In this document: piece by piece, positions 1 through 13,477 of the stretch
Numbering within the stretch: position 1 is the first letter of the stretch
How the letters are laid out: the number at the start of each line of letters is the position of its first letter
From: Octopus sinensis
Taxonomy: Eukaryota
Reading direction: 5' to 3'
NCBI RefSeq assembly: GCF_006345805.1
Contig: NC_043006.1
Location: 97,464,001-97,528,000 of the forward strand
DNA length: 64,000 nucleotides
Translations under genes and position numbers: made by a program
Notes under the pieces: model-generated
The model's input: only the letters and a program-made list of their open reading frames with translations
What the model was told of the DNA's origin: nothing
The model's database searches: none

Positions 1-287
1 AAAAAAGACATCAATGGAGCCAAAAATAACTGACAAGGTGTTGGACTATATCAGAGTAAGTAATACTCATTGAAATTTATTTCTATTTCCCAAATGAAAC
101 GATGTATTTTAACTGGATATCATCTCCATTGCTCGCACAGCACACGTAAACACGCTCACCACATTGCAATCCAATCAACACCAGACCATTCCCAAATACC
201 TCGGGAAGTACGTACTTTAAATTTGTTACACACAAAGCACGAAAAACTATGCGTGCAAAACCATGAACAGACCGGTACCCAACGAGA

Positions 288-2810
288 ATGATGACCGTCA
301 AAACAAAGCGCCGGACATTATTCCTCATGTGCCGCAAATAAAAATCATAAATGGACACGTGAGGAATATATTTTAATCCTACGCGCTTATTTTACAGCAG
401 TGCCCTACCCCAAGGACGAAAACTCCACAACACATGCTTATAAATTCTGGAAGAAAAATAACCAAGATAAAGACTTGGATACAGCAATGAACCGTAATAA
501 ACTAGCTAACATACAGATATATATTCTCAAAACAAAACAAATATCAGAAAAAGAAATAGACCACTTAAAAGGAAAGATACATCAAGAAAATGTGGGTAGT
601 AGCCACACAGCAATGCCAAATAATACCATAAGTACTGGGACTGTAAAACACGAAGACAGACGTAACATGTCCAATAAAAACGAAATAAACAACGAAAGGC
701 AACAAGCCCAGACCGTAGGAATGTATAATGGTGGGCAAAATGCACCAAAGCAGAGCACCACAGATAAAAATATGAACGGAAGAGAATACGAAACAAATAT
801 AAAACCTGGAAACAGTGTAGGGGAAGCTAATTATTATGATACTCTAAAAATGAACATAATCAAAGAACTGAAAGTCACAGATCTCAGTATGGGCCACCGA
901 TTGCACCCCCCCCCCAAAAAAAAAAAATTAAAATTGATACTAAAACAACATCAATAATAAATAGCATGAACCTGGCCGCCACAGAATCAAATGTCAATAT
1001 GATCAGGCTAAATAATATAATATAAGCTGCAGCCTCTGTGGTCAGAAAAGAGGCTGGATACTCCCTCAAACCAATCCAAACAGGAGTACCACCATCCAAA
1101 CAAACCTTGTGGATAGATAATATCCAGAAAAAATACAAAACAAGAGAAAGGATCTGCTAATCCTTAACAAAACTAGTAGACAATCAACACTACTAAGCAA
1201 CAAGAAGAGGACAAAATACTGGGTAAATACAAAATTACAGAAAAAAGGTACTCTGAGGCAAAAGAACAGCTAAAGCAAGATATCGTCATCAAAGCACAAA
1301 GAAACCGCTGGTATGAGAAACGCCAACGTTTTTTTGAACAAAACGAACATTTCAGCTCCAACGACAAAAGATTTTACCAATAACTTGGACAAAAATAAAA
1401 TAGAGATCAATGCAGCACCAACAGCAGAAGTGGAACAATTTTGGAAAGGAATATAGTCGGCGAAGGAACAACCTCAAAAAAGGTATATCAAAACAACGAA
1501 TACAGCACCTGAACAACTCTGGACCCCTATAACAACTGAAGAGGTCACCCAGGCACTGCAAAAGCTAAGCAAGGGGAAGGCACCCGGGCACGATAAGATC
1601 CCCAACTTCTGATTAAAATACCCAACAGGAACACATAAAAAGCTGGCTGAGAAATCTAATAGCATCCTAGCAGAGTCAGAGACAATGCCTGAATGGCTCA
1701 CGGATGGGAAAACTATCCTAATTCCCAAATCCACTGAAACGGCAAATCCACAAAATGACAGACCAATAACTTGTCCCTCTACAATTTACAAAGCCTTTAC
1801 TGCAATAATATCGCAGAGAATGAGCAAGCATCTGGAAGAAAACAACCTGTTTCCAGAAGAGCAGAAGGGATACTGCAAAAGATCAGTTGCTGATCCGTAA
1901 AGCCATAACTGAAGACAGCCGCAGACAGAAGGGTCAAAGTATGACATGGATCGATTACCGAAATGCTTTTGATACTGTTCCCCACACATGGATCCTAGAA
2001 ACACTAGCCATGAACAAGGTAGCTCCAGTAGTCCTAAAATATATATAACACATTCCATAAATAAATGGCAGACAGTGCTACAGCTCCAGGCAAAAGAGGG
2101 GCTCATAAAAACCAAAGCCACCCCCATTAGAAGAGGAGTATTCCAGGGAGACACGCTATCTCCACTCCTTTTTTGCTTGGCACTGACACCTTTAACTGAC
2201 ATGCTAAACAGAACTGGATGCGGATACAACTGTCACGGCAAAACAATCAGCCACCTCTCATATATGGATGACCTAAAACTGTACGCTACAAATGATAAAC
2301 AGCTGAAAACGTTACTACAGACAATACATGGATTAATCAAAGTGATAGATATGAAATTTGGGTTAGAAAAATGAGCCAAAGCAACCTTGCAAAAAGGAAA
2401 ACTAGTTAAGAGTAGCAACATCACACTCGATAAAGCAAATGAAATAAGAGAATTAGACCAAAGCCAAACATACAAATATTTAGGAATCAATGAACTAGAT
2501 ACGATACAACACACACACAAATGAAAGAGAAAATAAAACAAGAATACTATAGACGAGTTAGATCAATACCGAAAAGAGAGCTCAGTGCGAAAAACAAGAT
2601 AACAGGTATCAACACTCTAGCCATCCCAGTTATAAGTTACAATGTCCTTAACTGGACACTAAATAAACTAATCAAAATAGACAGGAAAACAAGAAAAATA
2701 ATGACAGGATTTAAGATGCATCACCCAAAATCTGACATAGAAAGGTTATATATACAACGTATAGAAGGTGCTAGAAGCTTTATACACCTACAAAACTATT
2801 ACAAAATAGT
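288..2810 (+). mobile_element. Decayed non-LTR retrotransposon, R4/Dong-type (RLE group), 3'-truncated
   Basis: Frameshifted ORF pieces: N-terminal KWTREEY-like motif, PEWLTDGKTILIPK..RPITC, RRGVFQGDTLSPLLFCLALTPL, SHLSYMDDLKLYA, YKYLG, MHHPKSDIERLY. Confidence 0.9.
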
Positions 2811-3852
2811 TTTTTATCTCATTACGCAAAACATTCTTATATAAATGTACGTATTATTTTTTCCCGTGGCACATCCTGCAATCTCTCTTCCAATTACACT
2901 AACAAGTTACCATGGCCCCAGATTAAAGAAGACTTTTCTCTTGTTATCTTTCCTTATCACTTTCCTCATTTTAAACAGTATATCCCATGCATTTTTCATC
3001 TCTATCTCTTACTTCACACCTTTAACGCAGTTTTACTTTACCTCTTCTTGGCATATTAGAAATATCTTTACGCCAACTTACTTCTTCAATTTAAATTCTT
3101 AACGAGATCTATCACATACTTAGCCCATTCCATCTTTTATCTCGATTCTATAGATTTGTTCCTTCCAGCTACTTCTCCGACCATACTCACGTTATAGGCT
3201 CGCCTACTTCATCGATTTAAACCTTCGTACATGGTTTTCACACATCTAGCTAATCCATTTCAATTAATTTAATATAATTTATTCTTCCATTTTATTCCAC
3301 AGATATTGCTTGAAGCTCTCTCTCTCCCTCTCTCTCCCTCTCTCCTATTTAATATCAATTACCGCCTCATTTACCTCTCGCTTCCCCACTTCTTAGAACA
3401 CAATACGCATTAAGTATTGCCTATGTATAACGTAACTCTATAATCAATTCAATCTTCTTTTTTTTAAAATTCTATTCCTTCTTTACTGCATCTTACACGA
3501 CTTTCCCTTTATTTATATATCTTTATCTCTCCAGCTTACCTACACCGTCTGTAAATGTATTTTTCAAAATTTAATTAAATTTGGTTTGATTTTCGTTTCT
3601 CTTTACATATCAATTCTAAATAACACGTTCCCTTTATTCACTTATCTCACAACATTTAAACACACTGTACCACTATCCTGCGCCTAACCAATACCACACT
3701 CGCTTCCAATTATACGATACACACTATCGTTAATAGTCTGATAATAAATCTGTTTTGTGGGCATAATTTTTGATTTCAGCAACCATCCTAGTTATTGCCT
3801 CTGTTTGATGACCTTTTCAAAAGGATCATCTGTTAACCTTCTCCTCGTTTTA

Positions 3853-4048
3853 AGGTAGCAAGCTGGCAGAATCGTTCGCACGCTGGGAAAAAGGCTTAGT
3901 GACATTTCATCTACATTTACGTTCCGTGTTAAAATTTCGCTGAGGTTGATTTTTGCTTTTTATCCTTTTAGGATCGATAAAATAAATACCAGTTGATAAG
4001 ACAAGTTCCCCGAACTTTCTGGCTTTGTGCCAAAATTTTAAACCAATA
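3853..4048 (+). mobile_element. Diverged tRNA-derived SINE, family B (head-core-tail2)
   Basis: agctggcagaatcgtt head and ttttatcctttaggatcgataaaataaataccag core match other copies in the window. Confidence 0.75.
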
Positions 4049-4066
4049 TTCTTCTTTATCTACAAA

Positions 4067-4463
4067 CTAGCAGTATCGCCCGGCGTTGCTCGGGTTTGTA
4101 AGGGAAATAACTATATAAGCATTTTAGAGATGTAAAGTATAATAGCCATCTCAATATGGCTAACCACAAAGGGGGGGTGTTACTGTAGCTTTTTACGTTC
4201 TGAGATTTAATAATACATTTTAGAGAGTTACTTCCCTTATATAATAGCAAAAAAATTCATTAAAAATGGGAAAAAATGATGGTAATTTTTTTTTAAAATC
4301 GTAGACTCATCGTAGACGCGCGCTAATACCCAGAAGGGCTCGATATGAATCACGACTATAAGATACCCGGTTTTAATTAAACTGCACCACAAAATGTGGG
4401 AGTAGTTAGGAATCTAAATCGTAGGAGACAGACAGCACACAACCTCACTTTTATATATAAAGA
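4067..4463 (-). mobile_element. Non-autonomous Helitron, 397 bp
   Basis: Minus strand starts TC and ends CTAG, subterminal hairpin cccg-agcaacgc-cggg, inserted between A and T with no TSD; near-identical copy at 55091-55489. Confidence 0.9.
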
Positions 4464-5190
4464 TTTTACCCTACACACTCGCATATTTTATTAGTACTTT
4501 CTTGTTTAACTATAAGTCATTTGGTAAATACCTGGTCGTATATATATATGTCCCTTTTTTGTTTTTATATTGTAAATACTTTGGTATCAACTGCTCTCGC
4601 ATTTTTTTTCATTTTTCCACTTGTTTAATATATATTTTAACAATTATGAATAATCTAACATCTAAATATTTAAAAAGAAAGTATACAAACAATTTCCCAC
4701 TAAGAGCAATCCATTTAATTTATATTCCAACACTACATTCCCTGTATTGTGAACTTTGTGGAAATGATTGTAATCGGACATACTGCTGCTAACACACACC
4801 TACAATATATATATATATATATATATATATGATAGATCGTTAGCTACTACATACATTTTTTCTCTCCTTGTTTCTCTCCTTGTTTTTTTCTGTGGCCCTT
4901 TCTCTAGAAGAGCGTGTGTATATATATATGTGTATATATATACACACATACCCAAATACGCACAAACATATATGATATATTAGTGACAGAAGTAGTATTA
5001 GTACTGAATAGCAATCTTTATATCCTGCTTAACGTGGATGTAGTTTAAAGATACCCTAATATAGCGGTACTCATTTTGAGAAGGCATATCGTATAGAAGT
5101 TTTGCGCTTAAAAGTTATTTGCGATATCTGTGCTTGAACATTCGTTGTTTTTCTAAATATCAGTGGAAGCGAGGTTTAACCACCAACAGG

Positions 5191-5256
5191 GATAGTGGAT
5201 ACCTGCTGCTGATGAAGCATAAACGCGCCGAAATAAGGTGATCTAGCAGTTCTATC
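5191..5256 (+). ncRNA. Degenerate type I hammerhead ribozyme motif (Penelope-like)
   Basis: Stem I ctgctg/tagcag extended by gatag/ctatc, core CTGATGA (5209-15), GAAA (5230-33), ATC triplet; stem II is weak. Confidence 0.5.
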
Positions 5257-5404
5257 ACCAATGCTAGACAATTTCCCTCTGCTACTGATAATTATGTGCG
5301 TTTAAGCATTAGATATTTATACATGATGTTCTCTGAAACCACATGTACACATATACAAACACACATATACACATACACATATATATACGAACGTACATAG
5401 CGAA

Positions 5405-5405
<1 letters not shown>

Positions 5406-5502
<97 letters not shown>
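5406..5502. repeat. (TCTA)n microsatellite
   Basis: Direct reading; a similar tract lies at about 55975-56090. Confidence 0.95.
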
Positions 5503-5503
<1 letters not shown>

Positions 5504-5549
5504 TTATTCATATCAGAAGAGGAACACAAGTGAGTTTCTAACCTAATTC

Positions 5550-5900
5550 TAGATGGAGAAGACGGGAGCTTTGGTACTGTGTAGTGCCTGGTTGGTATAG
5601 CTGTCATTTTCAAAGTTAGGAACAAGACTTTCTAGAATAAACCATATGTATGCAATCGCATATCTTTCACGTTTACTCTTTAGGAAATACAAATTCAGTT
5701 CCTTTAACATCTCCCAGTAGTTAATCCGTTGCACCAACCAAATCTTCTTTGTGTAGTGGCTCTGGAATGCCTCGAGTTCCGCAACCAGCTTGACGCTCTT
5801 CGGTGATCAAAACTAGGAGCAGTAATTCAGATGACTGAGAGCGAAAGATCTCCATAAGTGTAGCTTGGTACCATTTTTTTTCTGCTTCTGAAAGATCCCA
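5550..5900 (-). mobile_element. CR1/L2-group LINE 3' coding fragment
   Basis: INYWEMLKELNLYFLKSKRERYAIAYIWFILESLVPN resembles the CR1-type YWERL..L.LYSLERRRERY motif. Confidence 0.7.
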
Positions 5901-6364
5901 GAAAACATGCAAGATGGTGCTATAGCCATCTGCATATAATCATGGTCAAGCTATTCAGTTCTCCTCCGATTCGGTTCAGGCAAGTGATGTTGATAAACCC
6001 TGAAAACGGCGAAACATCGATGTCCACCGTTCCTGGATGTGATTTGGGGTGAGACATTGGGGTGAGACTGTTTGCCCATGACTTTCAGTTGTTTTAACAT
6101 TCAGTGCTTTGAGAGAGTCATCTCCACCGTGTCACTTCGCAGCCTACCGGCGAACAATTTAGGCCGATGCTTTTAGTATGTGTGCTCGATAATATATAGG
6201 ACGACGAAACTTGAAGCAGCGCGGAACCGAACCAAACCAAACACACATACACACACACATACGAACACACACACACACAGAGACACCCCCACACACACAT
6301 ACGCACACACATACACTCACACACTCACACACACGCACAAACACACACAGTCACATATATGTGA

Positions 6365-6660
6365 AGGCGCATAATCATGTGGTAGTGAATTCGATTCCCA
6401 GACCAGGTAGTGTGTTGTGTTCTTGAGCAAGACACTATATTTCACGTTGCTCCAGTTCACTCAGCTGTAGAAATGAGTTGCAACATCACTGGTGCCAAGC
6501 TGTATCGGCCCCTTTGCCTTTCCCTTGGATAACATCAGTGATGTGGATAGAAGAGGCTTGTGTGCATGGCCGACTGCTTGTCTTCCACAAAATACCTTGC
6601 CCAGACTTGTGCCTCGGAGTGGAACTTTCCAGGTGCAATCACATGGTCATTCATGGGGGG
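6365..6660 (+). mobile_element. tRNA-derived SINE, family C (CORE-like centre)
   Basis: ttcgattccc B box, then gtgttcttgagcaagacactatatttcacgttgctccag, shared with the 25292 copy. Confidence 0.7.
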
Positions 6661-6788
6661 GGGGGCTTTACCCTTTATATATATATAAATATATATACAA
6701 AGAGAGAGAGAAAGAGACAATATATGCATATATATATATATATATTATATATATATATATATATTATATATATATATATATATATAAA

Positions 6789-6967
6789 GTTAATCCAAAC
6801 AAGAAACACAAAAAAACAACAACGCGAGGACGTGGAACAAATATAGAATTATTGGATGCTCAGGAAAGAAGGGAAGAAGGAGGGTTTAACGTTTCGAGCG
6901 GAGCTCTTCGTCGGAAACATAGAAAAGGAAAGATCCCGAGAAGGGAAGACAGAGGAAAAAAAATCGC
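6789..6967 (-). mobile_element. Penelope-like terminal fragment with minimal hammerhead motif (6884-6918), between (TA)n tracts
   Basis: Minus strand gttt-CCGACGA-a-gagc(tcc)gctc-GAAA-cg-TT-aaac; near-identical copy at 36071-36280. Confidence 0.7.
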
Positions 6968-6982
6968 TATATATATATATAT

Positions 6983-7085
<103 letters not shown>

Positions 7086-7497
7086 GGAAATGTGTCAGTG
7101 ACAGTGAATTCGAAAACTCATTGTTCATTGGCGCCGTCAGATTGTAGGAAAATTTTGGGTTTCGAAGCTTACTGTATAATTTTACTTTAGTTTTTCTTGG
7201 GTGAGGGAGTGGTGTGGTGGTAGCTAAAGGCTGAATGTAAGTGTGACTTTATAAAACATCTTTATGGTCTGTTTGATTGAGTGAGCAGAAATAAGTAGTT
7301 AATATAATTAAATTAATATATATTGCTTTACTAAATTGAAGCTAAGATTTTGATTTTTTCAGTAGATATTCAGAAAGAGGTGATGTGGAGAAAAAGAAGT
7401 AGCAGTTATATATATATACATACATACATACACACGCACACACGTGTATATATATATATACATATTCATACATACATATATATGTGTGGATAGTGTG

Positions 7498-7540
<43 letters not shown>

Positions 7541-8001
7541 TATATATATGTGTGTGCATGCATATATATGTATATATGTATGTATGCTTATATATATATA
7601 TGTATATATGTATATTATATAAATGTGTATATATATATATATATTTATATACGTATATTATATATGTATGTATATATATAAATATATGTGTGTGTATCTA
7701 TATATATGTATATATATAAGTATGCATGTATATACACTTATATGTATGCAAATACATTTAGGTTGTATATTGGTATGTCAAACTATATGTAAGATACTTT
7801 TGTGTATATATAAACACACCCTTATATACGTGAACACACGTACACACATACTTACAGGTAGTGCACATAGAAAGAGTTGTTTGTCAACTAAATATTCGTG
7901 TTTATTGTCTATTATTGATTTGTTTATTTACGAGCAGTGTCATTTAATACACTCCAGTAACTATGGTGATTCCAAAGTAAAGAGAGAAAAATGTAGGAAC
8001 T

Positions 8002-8051
<50 letters not shown>

Positions 8052-8491
8052 TACGTGTATGTGTGTGTGTGTGTAAGGTCAAATAAACTAATATTTTATA
8101 CTCCTTCACACGTACGATATTATGTAGTTAGAATTCCGACGAATAGAAAGAAATGTAGGTCTGGTTAGAATCTCACCTTTGTAATTATGGCTTGACACTA
8201 AAAACGCTGTTTATATGATTTATATTTTACCAGAAAATTGTATGCCAGTGCCTAGATAAAAGGACAAAGTCTGTGTAGACTTTTGTTATTAGAATGCAGC
8301 TTGGAATTTTCAACTTTTTTTGGTAATTGTGTTTGTATTTTTCTCTCATTTATTCCAGTAAACAACATCTATTAAGCAAACCAAGGAACGTATATATATA
8401 TATATGTGTGTGTGTGTGGTGTGTGTATGTGTGTGTGTGTATATATATATACACACACACATATGTATATATATTTATATGTATAGATATA

Positions 8492-9863
8492 CAGGGGTTG
8501 AACAAAATGATGGAAACACCTTAAAATTTCAAAAAAAATTATTTTAATATGGGGTAGGAAACCTTTGACAGTAATTACAGCTTGAATTCTATGAGGCATG
8601 GACTCGTACAATATTTGAATTGTTTCCAAAGGAATTTTTGTCCATTCTTCAGCTAAAACAGTCTCCAGTTCTTGTAGGGATGATGGTGGAGGATATCGAC
8701 TTCTTACTTGTTTTTCTAAAATGGACCATAAATGTTCAATAATAATGAGATCTGGGGACTGTGGTGGCCATATAAGATGTTCAACTTCACTAGAATGTTC
8801 CTCGTGCCATTCAGTAACAACTTTAGCTGTGTGATTTGGTGCATTATCATGCTGAAAGATTGCGCGTTTCCCCCCGGAAACAGTTCCGTAACCATAGGAT
8901 GAATTTGATCAGATAAAATGATCAAATATTTTTATTCTGTTGGACTAGATTAGGTTACTTATGCTTGCATGTATGAATATATTCCACATCAAAAATACTT
9001 AGTTTTTATTTGTCAAAAACAGTTCTTCCAACGGGTGGTTGGAAGAACTATTAATTCTGCTACGAACGGAAACCATTTGGCGGCCGATTTCTAAGATATA
9101 CTCCACCACCAGATCATCACAGATTCTCCTCCATGTTTAATAGTTGTAAGAAGAGAGTCTGGGTCAAATGCCTTTTTGGCTGTCTCCACACGTATATTTG
9201 GCCGGTGGTCGGAATAAGGTAAAGGATGACTCGTCCGAGAAAATAAAATTTTTCCACTGCTCTAGGGACTAGTTCTGTAGGTTTTTATTCCACTTTAATC
9301 GCTTTGCAACGTCTGTTTTGAAAGTAGTGGTTTTCTGTTTGAAGCACGCCCATGGTATCTGGCTTTGTGCAGCTTCCGGTGAACAGACTTTGTGGAAACC
9401 GGATTCTCGAGGTGGTCATTAAGCTCTGCAGTAATTTTGGGAGCTGTACTTTTGTGATTCTTTCTAACAATTCATATAAGAGTCTGACGATCCCTATCTG
9501 AAAGTTTTGGTTTTCTTCTGGAATTTAGTTTTGACAAGGAGGTTTTTCCCTCTTTATCAAAAGCTGTCATTACTTTCGAGACAGTATTTCTTGATATACC
9601 AAACATTTCGGCTGTTTTCGTTACGCTAGCGCCTGCCACATGAATACCAACTATTTGACTTCTTTGGAAGTCCGATAGATCTGTCACTTTAATGAATTTT
9701 AATTACCTTTTTCTGATGATATCTGAAAAGAAACAGTAATTTTAGCAAAACATATTAAGCAACACTAATAATTAAAAAAAAACATAAAATAAACAAGCTT
9801 TTGACGGTTTTATAGATACTTCAAAATTATGATGATAGGTATCTTCATTATGTTGTCCAATCC

Positions 9864-9866
<3 letters not shown>
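8492..9866 (-). mobile_element. Tc1-family DNA transposon with decayed transposase
   Basis: Imperfect TIRs cagggg(tt)gaacaa../..ttgtccaatccctg with TA flanks; HTH LSDFQRSQIVG..SVTKTAEMFGISRNTVSKV; FSDES, HDNA and WPPQSPDL motifs on the minus strand. Confidence 0.92.
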
Positions 9867-9921
<55 letters not shown>

Positions 9922-9979
9922 CCATGTTCTCTAACCGCTCTAACCGGCAAAATTGACTGCAGAGAATTATTTTCTGCAG

Positions 9980-10037
9980 AATTCTTTCCGGTATTTTGGC
10001 GCACCAAAACGAAGACTTTTGAAATATAATCCCAAAT
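9980..10037 (+). CDS. Candidate internal exon A of an uncharacterised gene (NSFRYFGAPKRRLLKYNPK, phase 0 to 1)
   Basis: ttttctgcAG acceptor, GTAAGT donor, only one open frame, phase matches exon B. Confidence 0.55.
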
Positions 10038-10329
10038 GTAAGTGGTAGAACTATATACTTGTTCAATCTCATGCGGACGTCTTGTGTATAGTTCTGCATA
10101 TTATATTTTGCTATGACGATCACATTGATGAACTGCGGTCATTTACGTAATTACGTAAGTGGTAACAATGAAATCGGGTTTGTGATTAATCTATATTTTG
10201 TATCTTTTCATTTGTCTTGCTCGCTTACGTTCTGGCGTTTGCTGAATTTTCTTGAGAACAATCTTTTCCTAGTGGTAAGACCATAGGGGGTCTACTTCTA
10301 GCATAATGGATGTCCACTTAGTGGTCATC

Positions 10330-10975
10330 TTTTACTTGTTTCAGTCATTTGACTGCGGCTATGCTGGGGAACTGCCCTGAAGGGTTTTAGTCGAATAAAT
10401 CAACCCCAGAACGTATTTCTTTAAGCCTAGTACTTAATTTCATTAGTCTCTTGGCCGAACCGCTAATTTATGGGGACATAAACACACCATCACCGGTTGT
10501 CAAAGAGTGGTGAGGGAGAAACACAGCCACAAAGACACACACGCATATATACACACACATACATACATACATACATACATACATACATACATACATACAT
10601 ACATACATACATACATACATCTATGTATATATATTAATATATATACACATACATACATACACATGACCGTCTTCTTTTAGTTTACGTGTACGAAATTCAC
10701 TCACAAATACATTATATTATACGTTCAATTCTTCTGTTTAATTATTTGAATTCTTCCTCTGTATTTATCTAAGATTCCATTGTTGGGATATGTAAGTGTA
10801 TGTATGTATATATGCATGTGTTTATGTGTTTTTATATTTGTCTCCACCACCACTTGAAATCGGTGTTGTTTTCTTTTGAGAACGATACAATAAGTACCAG
10901 ACTAAAAACATAAATCCTTCGAGGCACTGCTCCAGCATAGCCGCAGTCCAATAAATAAAACAAGTAAAACATAAA
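10330..10975. mobile_element. Two partial family A SINEs (minus 10330-10710, plus about 10820-10975)
   Basis: ttgtttcagtcatttgactgcggc tail, gccgaaccgctaa motif and internal (TACA)n. Confidence 0.7.
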
Positions 10976-11269
10976 ATATAAAGTTTAATATCACTCGTTG
11001 GAAGAACTGTTTTTGTCAAATAAAAAGAAAGTATTTTTGATGTTGAATATATTCATGCGTGCAAACCTAAGTAACCTAGTCTTACAGTGGTCTACACTTG
11101 GGCTGGTCCTGTGCAAGTGAGCCTTCTCCTGCACTCTCTGTACGACCTGAGGGGGCCAGTACCCTCTCCTGTCTCAGTTAAGTAGATTACTGGAACTTTG
11201 GTTTCCATGACTCGACTTGGTGTGAATACTGGGGTAGTTTCCCGTAGCCTTCTCCATCCAGATGAGATT

Positions 11270-11685
11270 TGAACTCAGAACGTAGAGAGCCGAAAGATAT
11301 ACGGTAAAGCATTTCTGCTGACACTCGAACGAATCTGCAGCTCTCCTACCCGCAGAGCAACGTAAAATGAAGTGTTTTACTCAAGAACCAATCGCGCTGG
11401 CCGGTTCGGGAATCCAACCCATGACCTAACGATCGTAGCATACTAACCATTAGGGCATGCGCATAAGTAATGTTAGTTTTAAATTTTTGCACAAGGTCAG
11501 CACGTTCGGGGTTGTGGTAAGTCGATTACATCGACTGCAGTGCTCAACTGGTAATTGTCTTATCGACTCCACAGGACAAAAGACAAAGTCGTCCTCAGCG
11601 GAATTTTAACACAGAACGAAAAGACGGACGAAATGCCGCTAAGCATTTGCGCTGAATGCTAACGATCATGCCAGCTCGCCACCTT
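11270..11685 (-). mobile_element. Cluster of SINE pieces (family B, with a family C-type head)
   Basis: tttgaactcagaacgt and gccagctcgccacctt head motifs. Confidence 0.7.
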
Positions 11686-12206
11686 ACACGTTTAGCTAAT
11701 ATTGATGGAATAACCCTTTTAAATTTACGCTAAAGAAAAAATTCAACAGTCTGCGTATAATTTTGAAGACAGAAAACAATATCTGTGTATTTTTGCGACG
11801 GTCAGCTATTCTACACGTATAAACGTCTCATTAAAAATTAATGGGAAAAACATTGATAGTCGACTGCTTCAAAAATCTACAACTTTTCTAATCAGTTCAT
11901 AAATTTACACGTGTGAAAATAATCATTGATATTGCTACAGGTGTTACAAAGTACTTAAATAATGGTCTTGAAAAATTTGGACGTTTCAGACAAAGATAGT
12001 AAACTCCAGACTAATATTCTACAAATTTACTCTGTGAGCAATATGCAAGGCTTTTTTGCTATTCACGATGTAAATATTTATAATGGTTATTATCATTGGT
12101 TAGACGCCATCTTGTTTATAGGATGTGTGTGCCTGTCGGGTTCTTGTAAAAGAGCCCAACATGCACACGCACACACACACAAACACACACACACACACAC
12201 ACACAC

Positions 12207-12245
<39 letters not shown>

Positions 12246-12336
12246 ACACACACACACACACAGACACAGATACACACACACGTCTGTGTATGTGTGTTTG
12301 TATATATATGCTTACACACAGGCACGCATATGTTTG

Positions 12337-12367
<31 letters not shown>

Positions 12368-12371
12368 TTGC

Positions 12372-12404
<33 letters not shown>

Positions 12405-12540
12405 CATTTTTATATATGTGTGTGTGTGTGTGTTTGTATATATATGTGTGTGTGTGTGTCTCTCTCTCTCTATATATATGTATGTAATTATGCACAGATA
12501 TATTTTTGTGTAGATGCGCTTTATTGTGTGTATGTGTGTT

Positions 12541-12576
<36 letters not shown>

Positions 12577-13034
12577 GGCGAAAGCAAGTGAGTAAGAGAG
12601 GCTATATAATTATGTGCTCGTCTGTGTGGAGGTTTGTCTGAGCACGTATTCAGATGTACTTGTGTGTGTGTGTGTGTGTGTGTGTATGCGCGCGTGTGTG
12701 TGTATGAATGTGTGAGTATGTGTGTCTGTGGGCGTCTGATTTTTCGTATGTTTACTGGAAATGTACATCCACATGTATTGGTGTGTATGTCCCCCCCAAA
12801 AAAAAACATGATTTAATCTTTGTACTGCAGTATTTCAGTACAATAAATTGTGATCGTACGCAATGACTTGAAAATTACTGAAGCAATGATATTAAATACA
12901 AGAGGGAAGAAATTATAAAAGAACAAGAAAATGACAAACATTTAATTCTAACATTCCAATTTGGCAAGAATTCCACGAAAAATACTAATAACCGCAATAA
13001 CTTCTGAAGCAGCCATAGCAACAATAATAATCCT

Positions 13035-13477
13035 TTCTTATTTTGGCACAAGGCCAGCAATTTTGAGGCGGGGAAGTCGGTGTAACCAACTCTAGTGCTC
13101 AACTGGTAATTATTTTTTATCGAATCCAGGAGAATGAGATGCAAAGTCGACATCGGTGGGATTTGAACTCTGGGCGTAAAGGCGGACGAAATGCCGCTAA
13201 GCATTTTGTCCGGAGTGCTAACGATTCTGCTAATTTGCCGCCTTAATAGCAGCAATCATAACAATGTCTTCTACTATAGGTACAATCCCTGAAATTTTGA
13301 GGGGAGGGGGCTATTCAATTACATCGACCCCAGCGCACCACTGGTACTTAGTTCATCCCCGAGAGGATGAAAGGCAAAGTCAACTTCTGTGGAATTTGGA
13401 CTCAGAACGTAAAAACGGACGAAATGCCGCTAAACATTTTGTCCGGCGTGCTAATAATTTTGGTAGCTCGTCGCCCA
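13035..13477 (-). mobile_element. Two tandem family B SINEs
   Basis: Each has head, core and tail2, separated by (CAA/TAA)-rich linkers. Confidence 0.8.

Noticed and set aside
2810-3740. Strand-biased, coding-like decayed sequence (also 13900-14230 and 46500-47260)
   Set aside because: No recognisable motif; probably old transposon debris
5984-6030. Hammerhead-like GAAA-catcgatg-TC
   Set aside because: CUGANGA box has two mismatches and the stems are weak; at best a fossil
7342-8003. Many overlapping YI/CV/HT-rich ORFs, here and throughout the window
   Set aside because: Translations of stop-free (TA), (TG) and (TATG) microsatellites
11085-11230. Possible HDV-like ribozyme in a GC-richer patch
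   Set aside because: Could not assign P1 and P2 pairings
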